A stretch of 64,000 bases of DNA from Camelus ferus (lineage: Eukaryota), in assembly GCF_009834535.1 (NCBI RefSeq), contig NC_045696.1, positions 57,042,001 to 57,106,000 of the forward strand, in the 5' to 3' direction. This document shows, one piece after another, positions 11,435 to 25,867 of the stretch. The position numbers were made by a program, and so were the translations under genes. Within the stretch, counting starts at the first letter, position 1; each line of letters starts with the position of its first letter. The notes below the pieces were generated by a model, which saw only the letters and a program-made list of their open reading frames with translations, was not told the DNA's origin and did no database searches.

Positions 11435-14430
11435 GCATTAGAATTCTTTAGTTGGGAAATATTCTTTATGTGGAATATTGTTTTGGTAGAATTACAGAAG
11501 TGTAATTTGGCTCAATAATGAAAACTAAACTAAGAGAGGTTAGGGGACACTGAGAGAATTGTAAGATATTTTAAAGGCAACATCTAAAGTTTAAAAAGAT
11601 TCATTTGGAAATCCAGAACACATAAAATGGATCACCTTTCTACTATTTCCGTAAGCAAAAATAATTGTTATGAAAACTTGTAGAATGTACTATCTGGCCA
11701 TCTCCTAACTATTGACTAAAGGAAAATGGCACATAATAAAAGTATTATTGGACTACCGCAGCAGACAATATAGAAGAGCAGGATCTTGAGGGCAGAAAAG
11801 ATGGAGGACGTCTTTTACTTTCTTTCCTTTTTTATTATGTTGTTGGCAGTGGAAACAAATAGAAAATATTGTTGTTAGAGTAGTGCTCTCTACTAGTTTA
11901 CATGGACTATAAAGGTAGACTTTAAATTGATGAACATTGTCTTCCTGCTACACATTTTCATTATCAATGGTGATAGGCATGAAACTCTTTTTCCCTTATC
12001 CTATGCTCTACACCCAGTAATCTTTTTTTAGCCCTGTATATTTTTAGAGCTTTTGTACATTTGCTGTTTTCTGCATGGAATAATCTTCCCTCCCTTTTTC
12101 TCCTTATTAACATCTGTAAGAATCACAACTCACTTATTTCCTCATTTAAAAAAAAACTTTTATTATCTATATAATTTGGTCAAATATCCTATTAAGTGCT
12201 ACCTTAACTCCATGTTCCTCTCCTTCATTGACACATGAAATTTTCCATTTGTTATTGTTTTAAAGATTATCTCCCTACTTGACTGTAGGCCTCATGAAAG
12301 AGGAGCTTTGTCACCACAAAAAGTAGGTTCTCAATAAAGTTTTGTTGGGTGAAGTACAGTCTGAACTTTACTTTCCATGTAGTTTGTGAATGTAAGAGCC
12401 AAAGTTGGTCTTTGTGATAATTTACAGCATGTAATATTTCAATATTTGAAAAGGGAATAGTGTTGGGGCCATAATATCACCATAACTGAATTCTGCCTGA
12501 CTGCTCTATTTATCGCCAGCAAACTTGATTAAATTTTATGTACATGTGGATTTATGCCTCTTCCTCTAATTTCTAATATAGGTTTTATTAAAATGAACTC
12601 TTCTAATTTCATTGATACTACATTCTCCCTTCTGTGTCATATTTTTTGGTTCCTCATACCTTGTCTAATTGTCTAACATCCTCCAAGTCCTACTATATTT
12701 TAATACTCAAGTTCTTCAGTATACACATTTATTCTTTTTAAACTTTTTTATTGTGTTAATATATATGTAACATAAAAGCTACTATTTTGATACATTAATT
12801 CTTATGCTTTTTATTACTTTATATATAAGTATGTGAATTGACATTTTGTTTGCAGTTTTTATCTAACTTTTTGCCTTCTTCAGCACCATTTTTAAAATTA
12901 TGTGACATTCCCATTTCATTGCCTATTACAAATTTAATGTCAAAAACTGAATATGTTTTCCCTTCAAATAGTTACCTTTTAGCCATGTTTCATGTTAACA
13001 ATTAAATAGAAGCTTTGTATTTCCTTACTTCTTTTCTATTTAATCCTCTACATGGAAGCAAGCATTAGGGCTTACAGACTTTTCCTCTTCTTGGTTTCTT
13101 GGATTTTTATCTTTGTTTACATTTATACAAAAATCAGTTTACACTTCTACATATAAATTCCCATAATACATTTTTAGTTATTATTTCTTTCTTAAATACC
13201 TTTTTTGTACTCTTTGCCGATATAATAAAATAATTTTCCCCAAACATTTTCACAATATTGTTCACCTTCTCAGGAGTCTATCATTGTAAACTCTTGCTAT
13301 TATCAAATCCCAGGTTATAGATTTGATCTTTAAGGTGATGCATTTATTTTTCTTCTAATTCTTCAATCTCAGAAATGTTACTTTCTAATCTGAAACAGGG
13401 AATCTGTGATTCATCCAGTTTAACCTACTTGCTGTATAATAAACATAACTTTCTTCTTTCCACATAATTTTGCTCTCAATACTATTCTTATCTGGGAAAC
13501 CATTTCAGATTGGAGGGAAGAGAGCCCCTGTCAACACATGCACACACAAAAACAGACACCTCATACTCTCTCTGGAGTTTGAATTAAGTTTCTAATTTAG
13601 CTCCTATAACATGGGGGAAATTATTTTGAATATCCCTATGTCCCCCCTGCCGAAAGCATGTTGTATCAGAAGTAACATGATCACACAGATCTAGAATAGA
13701 TGCAGCATAGACTAATACTCAGTTCCCTCCGCTAGAGTGCCTGGTACCTCTAATATATAAGAAATGCAGAATATATTGTGGTTCAAAGAATTCTTAATTT
13801 GGTTCTATACTGATACCCCTTTTTGAAATGATAGTAGGCTTAAGAATATGAAATTTACTACACCCATAAGTCTGCATTCTCTATGTTCTCTAGTTTACAT
13901 AGGAAATAATATTAAACATCCATAATCACATACCTACATAGCACACACATCTTTCAATTACTCCTTATAAAAGAACAAAACCAAAATGTTTGCCTACATA
14001 TTACCTTCCTTGGGAAACGTAAAATTTACTAAGACATTTTAATACTTAGAAGTATATTATATAAATATTTAGATAAAATTGTACATAAATAAAGTACCTA
14101 GATGATACATTTTAATAAATTGACTTGCTGCATGTTTTCAGTTTAATGTAATTTAATCTACCCGTAGTAACAAAGTGATATCAGTGTGGAATTTTGGAAT
14201 TATGGAAAGAAAATGAATTTGTTCAACTAAAATTCTACAAGTATTCATATTACATTTTGTAGACAAATTTTTTTAAAGAATTCTTGTTCATGTGATCATT
14301 GTTTTATAAGGCTTAAAAATAATTCAGTGAAATGTATAATTAATATTTAGGAGATTTTAGGGTTTGTTTTATAAAAGTTATTTCATTTTTATATATTACA
14401 AAATGACACTAATGTATTATCTTTCTATAG

Positions 14431-14578
14431 CTTTCCAATCTTTGAAAATCCATATCCCATGGACATTCATGAATCACCAGTTACATGTACAGCATACTTT
14501 GCTGATTGCCCACCAGATTTAATTCTAGTGCTCTACTCTATAGGAGTCAAGCATAAAAAACAAGGATACAGTAATAAG
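14431..14578 (+). CDS. STXBP5L: STXBP5L coding exon C, 148 nt
   Basis: tctatag| ... |gtaaga; encodes (N)FPIFENPYPMDIHESPVTCTAYFADCPPDLILVLYSIGVKHKKQGYSNK. Confidence 0.97.
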
Positions 14579-15489
14579 GTAAGAGCAACAATTAGAAATG
14601 TTACCTTGTATTCATATTTATATCATATGATCATGGTTTTTCTGCTATTTTATTTTCTGACTTTCCATAGAAGACTTGAGCTAAATTCTTTTGAAGTCAT
14701 AAGCTGACATCTGTAAAACACACAATTTCTGAAGTTCTAATTCCTAAATTCTACATAGCTTTAAGTCTACAAGAATATGTTTCTTATATAATAAGTATAT
14801 AATTATAGACTAAGATATACTTACCTATCATGTATATTTATATACTAAGTATATATTTAAGCTAACATATGTTTGAATCATAAGATGTTACTTTAAATTA
14901 TTTTAGATGAAGAAGAGTGTTTTAGGAAATTCAAAAGTCAACTCTCTAGTTAATTCTTATCAATCAGTGGTTAATAATACATAATTATCAAAAGTCATTT
15001 GATAACCTTTTAGAATTCCATTTTGTTATTTTTAACTACAGGATTCAAATATTTGCAATTGTAAAAGACCTCTCCCTCCCCATTACAGTTTCTATTATTT
15101 GCACAGGACTGTTGGGATGGGCAATTCCAGGGGCACAATTTACATAGTTTTGTGTTAAATGGCACCACAATAGTTTGATAGTACATAGACTATGTGGAAG
15201 ATGTAGCAATACTGTATTTGTATGAGTAAAGACACTTCTTTGCATTTTTATAAGAATGATAATATTTGTTAAAATCTATAATTTTAAAGGATATAGAATT
15301 GCGTATTAGGAATTGCTTGTTCGATAAAAGAATTAAAAGATAGCTACATGCTTATTTCTTTATTACTTAACAGCTATTTCTTTTTAAGTGAAACTTTTAC
15401 CATTACTCAAAAATTTTTTATTTTAAATTTCTAAGTTATTTAAATTAAAAAAATTAAACCTATAAATTGTTCTTCGATGATCTGTTTAG

Positions 15490-15557
15490 GAGTGGCCAAT
15501 CAGTGGAGGAACCTGGAACCTTGGAACACAAACATATCCAGAAATTATCATTACTGG
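15490..15557 (+). CDS. STXBP5L: STXBP5L coding exon D, 68 nt
   Basis: tgtttag| ... |gtaagt; encodes EWPISGGTWNLGTQTYPEIIIT(G). Confidence 0.96.
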
Positions 15558-16059
15558 GTAAGTGGGATGTGATTTGTGAGTTTATCAATTTATCAACAAA
15601 AATATTTCACTGAATTTTCACACTTTCCCATAATTGTGCTCTAGGAATGCTGACAGTTTAAATAAAAATATAAGACATAACTTCTATCCAAAGGTTATAA
15701 CCTTTATAGAAGATACAATCAAACTATTGAAAACATAGACATATAACAGAAATTAAAAAGTGTAGATTATAAGAGCAGAAGAAAGTCAAAGAAAGAAAAA
15801 TCAAGAGAGATTAGTCAAGGAAGAATTCCTATAGAAGTAATAAATTGTTAACCTTAGAAAGGCCCTACCAATGGCTCTTGATTCTGTCCAAATCTAGGAA
15901 TCAGTGCTCTATATCCCCATCAGGTGGTTATTTGAAGTGTGCTTCAAAACTTATAGCACCAGAAAAGTTACTTCCAATAGCAACCCAGTTCATGCTCTAA
16001 TGTTAGGAATGAAAATAGAAACATAGCAACAGCTAAAAATGAGATTTAAAAGATAGTAA

Positions 16060-17790
16060 GGGGTTTTGCTTATCGGATATGGAAAAGATGTACTTTTCCC
16101 TATTCTTTCCACTAAGTACAACTGAAAACCCTGTATATCATATACTAAACAAACACATTATGACTGGAAAAAATGGAGAGAATTCAGACTGGCTAGGGCC
16201 CCAAAGACCTAAGGAATGATGATGAGTTTCCTGGGTTTTCTTTTTGCTTCATATATACCAGAATTGGAGTTGAAGAAGCTAGCAACCTGGAACTGGCAAC
16301 AGGCACAAGCCTAAAAAGCCCAACAAAAGCTGGCTTTCTCTAGGAAAAAGATGAGGAAAGATTATTTTCCAAGACAGAAAATAATCTTTCTACTTTAGCT
16401 AACCACCAAAGAAAAGAACTGTGGCCCGACCCCAACCCACTTCATCAAAGGTTGAGTGAGGAGCCTGGACTTTTATCCTCATCAAGCCATAGCAAAGTGC
16501 CTCAACTCACCCACGAGGGGAGTCGGTCTCTGGCACTAAGCAAAGGCTGAGTAGGGAGCTAGGACTTTTAACCCTACTGGGTGGTAATGAAACTCATTAC
16601 CTATGGTGACAGAAATCATGTGAGGAGCCAGAATTCCCCCACTGCCCAGCACTAATGAGGAACCGCACATCCTCCCTATTTTGTGTCAATGGAAGTCCAG
16701 TGAGGAAGGAAGGAGGAAAAAGAACAGGGCTGAAAAATTCATAAGAGAATAATTACTGAAAACTTCCCAAATTTGGCAAAAGGCATGAACCTAGATATTG
16801 CAGAAGCTAAGTGAACCACAACACATTCACAACAAGAAACATCATACTCAAACTTCTGAATATTAAACACTAAGGAAAAAAATTATGAAAATAGCAAAAG
16901 AGAAATGATACCTTACCAAGGGGTAAAACCAGCTGGAATGATGGCAGATATCTCATTGGGAACCATGGTGGCCAGAAGGAAACCTGAATTTTTTTCAAGT
17001 GCTGAAAGAAAAGAACTGACAAGCTAGAATCCTATACCCAGCAAGAATATCAAAAATTAAGCAGAAATTAATACATTCTCAGATGAAGGAAACTAAGAAT
17101 TTGTCAACATCAGACCTACCCTAAAAGAGTGGGTAAAGGAAGCTCTCTGAACTGAAAGCAAATGATAAAAGAAAGAACCTCGGAATATCAGGAAGAACAC
17201 AGTAAGCTAAAATATGGGTAAATACAGTAGGCTTTCTTTCTCTTGAGTTTTTAAAATTAGATTTGATGATTGAAGGAAATTTTAGTTATATCATCTGATG
17301 TGGTTCTACATATGTATAAAGGAAATATTTAAGGCAATTATAAATGGGAGAGGGTAAACTGATATAAAGGAAGATAAGATTTTTTTACTTCCCTCAAAAT
17401 AATACTATGATAACACCAGTAGACTGAGACAAGTTTTGAATATACAGTGCAATACTTAAAGCAATCCTGTATTTAAAAAAAAAAACTGATGCCAAGAGAT
17501 ACACTCAAAAACATTATTGACACATAAACATGGATGTACTGAAATAATTTAATTAACCCATAATTGGCAAAAAAAATAAGTGACAAAAAATGGAAAAAGT
17601 GTCCAAAAAAGAGGGAAAAAGGACAGGCTTAATGTAATCATTGAAATGTTAAGGCTTAAATGTAAATAGTCTAAATGCACCAATTGGCAGAGTGGATTAA
17701 AATTATGACCCAACTGTATGCCATCAACAGTACACTCACTTCAAATATAACAGTATAGTCAGGTTAAGAAAAAAAAAGACAGGAAAATGT
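16060..17790 (+). mobile_element. Old L1: 5' UTR, ORF1 remnant and start of ORF2
   Basis: ORF1-like gaaaacttcccaaatttggcaaaag; ORF2-start-like aatgtaaatagtctaaatgcaccaatt; heavily decayed. Confidence 0.7.
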
Positions 17791-17802
17791 AATAGAATCA
17801 AT

Positions 17803-20800
17803 GGAGAGTGACATCAGCAAGACGTCAGAATAAGTAGCCCCAGACCTTGTTCTCCCACAGACACACTAATGTAACAACAATATATGATCCAAACAACGTT
17901 ATGAAAACTCCATAAACCAGTTAGGAAATCATAGTACCTCAGGGAAGCTGAAAGCCAAGAATAGCCATACTGAAATGGGTAAAAACAGCCATTTCAACTC
18001 TGTCAGCTCCTCCCCCAAATTGGCACAACTCATATTCAGGGGGAATCTTCTCTCATGAGAAACTAGTTTTTATCTCACCTGAGTCAGAGTACTGGTGGGA
18101 ACTAGATGCCTGGGGGCTGCAGAGAACAAGAGAGCTCAATGGCTTTTTGAACTGACAAGAAACTTGCAGTACTATAGACATACAATAGAATGAGCAAGAA
18201 AATGTAAGCTCATGAAAAAGAGAACCAGCAAATCTCTCTTATTGGGAAATTACACATACAATCCCTGAGAAGGTGCATCCCCATTGAAGGTTTGAGAAGC
18301 CCCTAGGATTTCTGCTTAAGGTCTTCCCCTGTGTAAAGCTAGTTCATAGCAGGTGGCTGTATTTTCAAATGCTAAATTCACAACAAAAAATAATGAGGCA
18401 CACAAAGAAACAGGCAAGTGTGGCCCAATCAAAGGAATAAGATAAACCTCTAGAAACTGACCCTAAAGAATTGGATATCTGTGAATTACCTGACAAACAA
18501 TTCAAAATAGTTAACTTAAAAAAGCTTAATGTATAACAAGAGAACACAGACTGTTCAATGTATAAGAGACACAGACAGTTATACTAAATCTGGAAAATGA
18601 TGCATGAATGAAATGAGAATATCTACAAAGACATAGAAACTATTAACAAGAATCAGAAATAAATTATTAAGCAGAAGAATAAGATTTTACTAGTAGGGAT
18701 CAGCAGTAGACAAGAACCAGCAAACTTGAAGATAGGTAATATGAAATTACCAAGATAGAGGAATAAAATAAAAAAGGATGAAAAAGAGAGAAGAATGCCC
18801 AAAGTACTTATGGGATACCATCAAGCATACCAACATAGGCATTATGGAAGTGCCAAAAAAAGAGAGAGAGTAGGGCAGAAAACTTATTTGAAGAAATGTT
18901 TGCTGAAACCTTCTCAAATCTGAGGAAGTAAATGGACATTCATATCCATTGGATATGTATCAGAATACTTCAGTGAGGATGAACCCAAAGAGGCTCACAC
19001 TGAGACATATTATAATCAAATTGTCAAAGACAAGGAAACAATCTTGAAAGCAGCAACAGAAAAGCTACTTGTTACATAAGATTATCATTGGATTTCTCAG
19101 CAGAAACATTACAGGCTAGAAGAGAAGTAGGATAATATATTTAAAGTACATAAAGAAAAAAAAAAGCCAGCCATGAATACTATACCTGGAAAACTATACT
19201 TCAAAAATGAAGGAAAAATAAAGATCTTCCAAGATAAACAAAAACTGAGACCATTTATTACAACTACATCTGCCTCACAAGAATTGCTAAAGGGAGTCCT
19301 TTGAGTTGAAACAAATGAATACTAGAAACAAATGACAACAAATTACAACAAATGAAACAAATGACAAGAAAATGAAAGCATATGAAAATATAAAGCTCTC
19401 TGATAAAAGTAAATACATAGACAAAAACAGAATCCTGTAACAGTATAGTGCTGGTGCATGAAATACTTTAAATTCAGATGTAGAATTGAAAAGATAAAGG
19501 CTATAACTTAACTGTGTTAATGGTTATAAAATATTAAAAGATATAATTTACAACAGCAGCAACATAAGATAAAGGGGGAGATAAAGGAGTAGGATTTTTG
19601 TATGTAATTGAAGTTGTTATCACTTTAAAGTAGATTGGTATAACTGTTTTATATATTACACATTTTAACTACAAAGAAAATACCTATAGAATATGAACAA
19701 AAGAAAGTAAGAAAGAAATCAAAGCATTTCACTACAAAAAAAGTCAATGAAACAACAAGGCATCAAGAGAGGGAAAAAGGAACAAAATAAATAAAAGGTA
19801 GGAAACAGTTCTTAAATGGCAATGGTAAGTCCTTATATATCAGTAATTTCTTTAAATATAAATGAATTACACTCCCAAATCAAAATACATAGAGTGGAAG
19901 AATGGATCCACTATATGCTGTCTACATGAGACTCACTTTAGATATAAGGATGTATGTAGCCTGAAAATGAAAGGATAGATAAAGATATTCCATGCAGATG
20001 CTAACCAAAAAGAGATCTGGGGTGACCATACTTATACAAAATAGACTTTAAGCCAAAAACTGTCATAAGAGACAAAGAAGGACATTATATAATGATAAAA
20101 GTCAATTCACCAGAAAGAAATTTTAAATACATATGCACCTAACAACAGAGCCATCAAATATATAAATCAGACGTTGACAGAATCAAAGGGAGAAATAGGC
20201 AGTAAAGCAAAAATAGTAGGAGCTTCAAATACCTCACTTTTAATGAATAGATCTAATAAACAAAATCACACAGAGAGAAGTTCAATAAGGAAACAGGATT
20301 CAAACAACACTATAGAACTATTAGACCTAACAGACATATACAGAACACTCTACCCAACAACAACATAATACACATTCTTCTCAAGTACACGTGAAACATT
20401 CTCCAGGATAAATCACATGTTAGGCCATAAAACAAGTCTTAAAATTTTTAAGGAGATTGAAATTGTAGCAAGCATCTTTTACAACCATGTTGAAATGAAA
20501 CTAGGAATGAATAGCAAAAGGAAGACTGGAAAATCCACAAATCTGTGGAAATTAGGCAGTACCCTTTTGAACAACCAGTGGATTAAAGAAGAAATCACAA
20601 GGAAGTTGGAAAGTATCTTGAGACAAATGATAATGAAAATACAACATACCAAACTTAGGGGATGTAACACAAACACTACTAAGAAGTTTACAAGTAAAAC
20701 TCTAAGAAGTTTATAGTAGTAAATGTCAACAATAAAAGAAGGATCTCAAATCAATACCTCAAGGGATTAGAAAAAGAAGAAAAAACTAAACCCAAAGTTA

Positions 20801-22661
20801 GCAGGAGGAAAGAAATAACAGAGCTTAGAACAGAAATAAAACAGAATAGAAAAATATTAAAAAGTTTTTTTTAAAGATCAACAAAATTGACAAACTCTTA
20901 GCTAGACTAAGAAAAAAAGAACTCAACAAGTATCAGAAATGAAAGAGGAGACATTACAATTGATGCTACAGAAATAAATGTTCATAAGAGACTACTCTGA
21001 ACAATTATATGCCAAGAAACTGGATAACTTGAAATAAATGGATAAACCTACTTAGACTGAATCATGAAGAAATAAAAAATATCTGAACAGACCTATAGTC
21101 AGTAAAAAGATTTAACAAATAATTTAAAAACTCCCAAAAAAGATAAGCCCAAGAGTAGAGGACTTCACTGAAGAATTCTACCTAACATTTAAAGAATTAA
21201 CCTTAATTCTTTTTAAACTATTCCCAAAAATTGAGTGAACAATTCCAGATTCTTTCTATGAGACCAGCATTATTCTAATGCCACAATCAGACAAAGATAC
21301 TACCAGAAAAAATTACAGAGCAATATCCCCAATGACTATCATTGCAAAAATCTTCAACAAAATACTGGTAAACCAAATTCTACTATACATTAAAAGGATA
21401 ATACATTATGACCAAGTGAGTTGCATCCTTAGAATATAAGGATGGTCAACATATGAAAATCAATCAGTGTGATAAACCACATTAACAGAATGAAGGACAA
21501 AAGCCACATGAGCATCTCAGATGGTACAGAAAAAGCTTTTGGCAAATTCAGTATTTTTTTCATGATAACATTCAACAAGCTAGTAATAGAAGGAAATTAC
21601 TACAACATAATAAAGTGTCATATATGAAAAGCACAGAGCTGACATAATACTCAATGGTGAAAAGCTGAAAGTTTCCCTTCTAAGATAAGAAACAAAAGAT
21701 GGATGCCCACTCTCACAACTTATATTCAGCATAATACTGGAAGACCTAGCTAGAGAAATAAGCAAAAATAAATAAATAAATAAAAGACATCCAAATCAGA
21801 ATAGAAGAATTAAAATTATCTCTGTAGATGACATGATCTTGTATGTAGAAAAGTCATAAGTTTCCACACAAACACAAAAGTTAGAACTAATGAGAAATTC
21901 AGCAAATTTGCAGGATATAAAAATGAACATACAAAGTCAGTTCTATTTCTGTTCACTAACAATGAACAATCTGAAAGGAAATTAATAAAACAATCCTGTT
22001 TACAATAGCATCAAAAGGAATAAAATATTTAGGAATAAACATAATCAAGGAAGCAAACCTCTTTAATGATGAAAACTATAAAACACTGTTAAAGAAATTA
22101 AGGAAAACACAAATAAATGGAAAGATATCACATGTTCATGGATCAGAAAACTTAATATTAAAATGTCCATACTACCTAAAGCAATCTACAGACTCAATGC
22201 AAATCCTTATCAAAATCTCAATGAAATTTTTGGCAGAAGAAGAAAAAAAAATCTTAAAATTAATACAGGATCTCAAAGGACTTCAAATATTCAAAATAAT
22301 CCTGGGAAAGAAAGATAGAGCTAGATCCCTCACAATTCCTGATTTCAAAACATGATACAAAGCTAATCAAGACATATTAAAAAGTAACCAAAATGGTATG
22401 GTACTGGCATAAAGACAGAGATAAAGACCAATGGAACAGAGTAAATAAGTTGTCATAAATAAATTGTCACTGATATAGTCAAAATTTTCATAAAGGTACC
22501 AAGTCTATACAATGGGGAAAGGATAGCCTCTTCAACAACTAATGCTGGGAACATAGTATTTGCACATATAAAATAATGAAATAGGACCCTTACCTTATAC
22601 CATGTACAAAATCAACTGAAAATGGAAAGACCTAAATGTATGACCTAAAACTATAAAACTC
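17803..22661 (+). mobile_element. Decayed L1 with 5' UTR, ORF1 and most of ORF2; 3' end missing
   Basis: 5' motif gacatcagcaagacgtcagaataag; ORF 20417-20716 (MLGHKTSLKIFKEIEIV...) resembles ORF2p endonuclease; RT-region DNA around 21300-21950; many stops and frameshifts. Confidence 0.9.
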
Positions 22662-23031
22662 AACAGTTTAAGGATCAATTTTGTATTATCTATGATAACC
22701 ACTAAAATAATAGTATAAGAATGTAATACTCAAAAACTAGTAAAATAGAATATTTTAATGTAATTAATCCTTAAAAGGACAGAAAGGGTAAAGAAAGACA
22801 GAATAGATTAGATGAATAGAATATAACTGCGAGGTTGGTAGATTTAAATACATATGTATCAGTAATTACAGTAAGTATAATTTGACTGAATTCTCCAATG
22901 ATAAGGCAATGACTGTCAGTAGAGATAGAAAAATAAAACCAAACTCTATGCTGCTTTGAAAGTAAATATATGAAAAATTGTAACATGTAAACAATTTAAA
23001 ATTTTGATATAGCTCTAATTACATCAGTAAA

Positions 23032-23604
23032 GTAGTTTTCAATTGTTGCATTAAAAATCACCACAAACTTAGCAACTTAAAACCCGTTTATTAACTCACA
23101 GCTCTATAGGTCAGGCACTGGATGGTTGAGATGCTCAATGTACCACAAAACTGAAATCAAACAGTCAGCCAGGCTGAGTTGTCATCTGGAGGCTCTGAGG
23201 GAAAATCTGCTTTCAAATTCATTCTTTTTGATGGAAGAATTTAGTTCCTTGTGGTTGTAGGACTGAGCTGCCAATTTCCTTATTAGTTTTTAGGTGGGCC
23301 ATCTTAGCTACCACAGGCTGCCTACATTCCATGCCATGTAACCCCTTCTTCCTTGAAGCCAGTAATAATGCATCAAGTACTGCTCATGCTTCAAATTTCA
23401 AATGTTTTTCCTCTTTGACCTCTAGATCTATATTTATAGGTTTCATAGGATCAGGTCAAGTTCACCCGAATTGTACCCCTTTCTTAAAATCAACATAATG
23501 TAACAATTGTGTGAGTGATATATTCTCTATTATATTCACAGTCCCAAAGAATATACAGGATTATCCCACGAGGCGGGAATCCTGGGGAAATTCTGCCTAC
23601 CACA
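23032..23604 (-). mobile_element. MLT1-type MaLR solo LTR inserted in an old L1
   Basis: caccacaaacttagcaacttaaaac near the left end, aattctgcctaccaca at the right end; GTAAA at 23027-23031 and 23605-23609 fits a 5-bp TSD. Confidence 0.8.
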
Positions 23605-23609
23605 GTAAA

Positions 23610-25808
23610 CTTTAAAGCAAGAAGCATTATCAAAGGCAAAAAGAACTATTTCAAAATAATGAAAGGATGAATCCATAAGGATTTTGAGTTCAGTACTTCA
23701 AAATATATAAAAAGATAAGACAGTTCTGCAATAACTGGGAGAAAATATTACAAACCTCTCTCTGTAACAGATTTAAAATCAGAGGAAAACAATTCTTAAC
23801 AATAAAGAAAGTTTTGAATAGCAGGATTAATAAGTCTGACTTAACTGACATATTTAGAACTCTACAACTCAAGAATTTCCATTCTTTTTAAGTGCACATG
23901 GGACACACAAAATTGGCCACATGAAGGACCATAATATAAGTACCAGTAAATATCAAAGGATTGTAATCATATTATATAAGATGTTCTCTGACCACAGGGG
24001 AATTAAATTAGAAACCAATGACAAAAATATGTAAAGAAAATTTACAATTTTTCAAAATTAAGTAATCTATTCCCACTAACTTAGTGCTTAATGAAGAAAT
24101 CACAATAGAAAAATTTTAAATATCACAAACAGAAAGATAGTGAAAATATAATGTATCATAAAATGTGGATACATCTAAATCTATGTTTAGAGGTAAACTT
24201 ATACCCATGTTATATGCTTATATAAATTAATATAAACTCTGACCCATGTATGTTAATAAGAAGACTCACACTTAATGATCTTATTATATATCTTAAGAAG
24301 TTAAAAATAGCAAGGTTATTCCCAAAAAAGTAAAAAAGAAAATAATAATGCTAAAACAAAATTTAGTGAAATAGAAAGTGTACAATAGCAAAGATTGATA
24401 AAACTAAAGTTGGTTTATGGAAATAAATATTAAAGCTGCTGAAGGTGTGCAGGATTGTCAAGAAAGTAGAAGAAACACACCGGAACAATCACAGATATGT
24501 GGAAATTTAACAACACACTTTTAATCAATGGACCAAATAAGAAATCACAAGGGAAATTAGAAAATATTTTGAGATTAGTAAAAATAAAAATAAAATTAAT
24601 GGTAAGGAGATAGAGGGAAAACAGCACTCAGAGGAAAATTTGTATCTGTAATTATCTACATTTAAGGAAGAAGAAATTTCAATAACCTATCTTTACACCT
24701 TAAGGAACTAGAAAAAAAACAAATGCTAACAGATGTAAACAGTAGCAAAAATTTGAGCAGAGATAAACCAGAGGATAGAAAAACAATAAAGGAACTCAGT
24801 GATACCAAAAATTGGTTCTTTGAAAAAATCAATAGAATTGACAAACCTTTAGTTAGAGTCACTCAGGAAAAAGGAAAGAAGACTCAATTATTAAAATCAG
24901 AATGAGAAATGAATGGAATACTATCAATCTTACAAAAGTAAAAAGGATTATAAGAGAATACTGTGAACAGTTGTATGCCAACAAAGTAAATAACCTAAAT
25001 GAAATATAAAAATTCAGAGATGTAAGTGAACTATCAAAACTGACTCAAGAAGAAATAGATAATCCAAACAGACATAACAAGTGAGGAGATTAAATCAGTA
25101 ATTAAAACCTTTCATCAAAGAAAAGGTTTGGCTCTTTCTTTGGACCAGTTGGCTTCGTGATGAATTCTATCAATCATTTAAAAAAGTAACAACAAATGCT
25201 TTTCAACTTTTCCATAAAATGGAGGGGGGAATGTCCTAACTAATTCTCTGAGACATTATCCTAATACAAAACTAGAGAAAGATATTGTATGAAAAGACAA
25301 TTGCAACAGTATCCCTTATAAATATAGATTCAAGTATATTAACCAAAATACAGCAAACTGAATCTAGTAACATATAAAAAAGATTATAAACCATGGTCAA
25401 GTGGGGTTTATGGTAGGAATACAAGAGTGTTTCAACATATAAAAATCAATTTAATACCCACAAAAAACACATAGTCATCTCATGAATAAAAAAGCATTTG
25501 ATAAAATTGAACACCTCTTTCCTGATTTAAAACCACAACAACAGCAACATTCAGAAAACTAGGAGCAGAATGGAACTACCTTAACTTGAAGGGCGTTTTG
25601 CTAAACTCATAGTAACGTCATATTCAATGGTAAAAGACTAAAAGCTTTCCCTATGAGATCAGGAACAAGACAGGAATTTCTGCTTTTGCTACTTTTGTTT
25701 CATATTGAACTGGAAATTCTAGCTAGAGGAGTGAGGCAAGAAAAATAAATGAAAGGCATCCACAATAGAAAGGAAGAAGTAAAACTATCTCTATTTGCAG
25801 ATAACATG

Positions 25809-25867
<59 letters not shown>

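Noticed and set aside
17803..22661. Potentially active full-length L1
   Set aside because: ORF1 and ORF2 are broken by many stops and frameshifts and the 3' end is absent.
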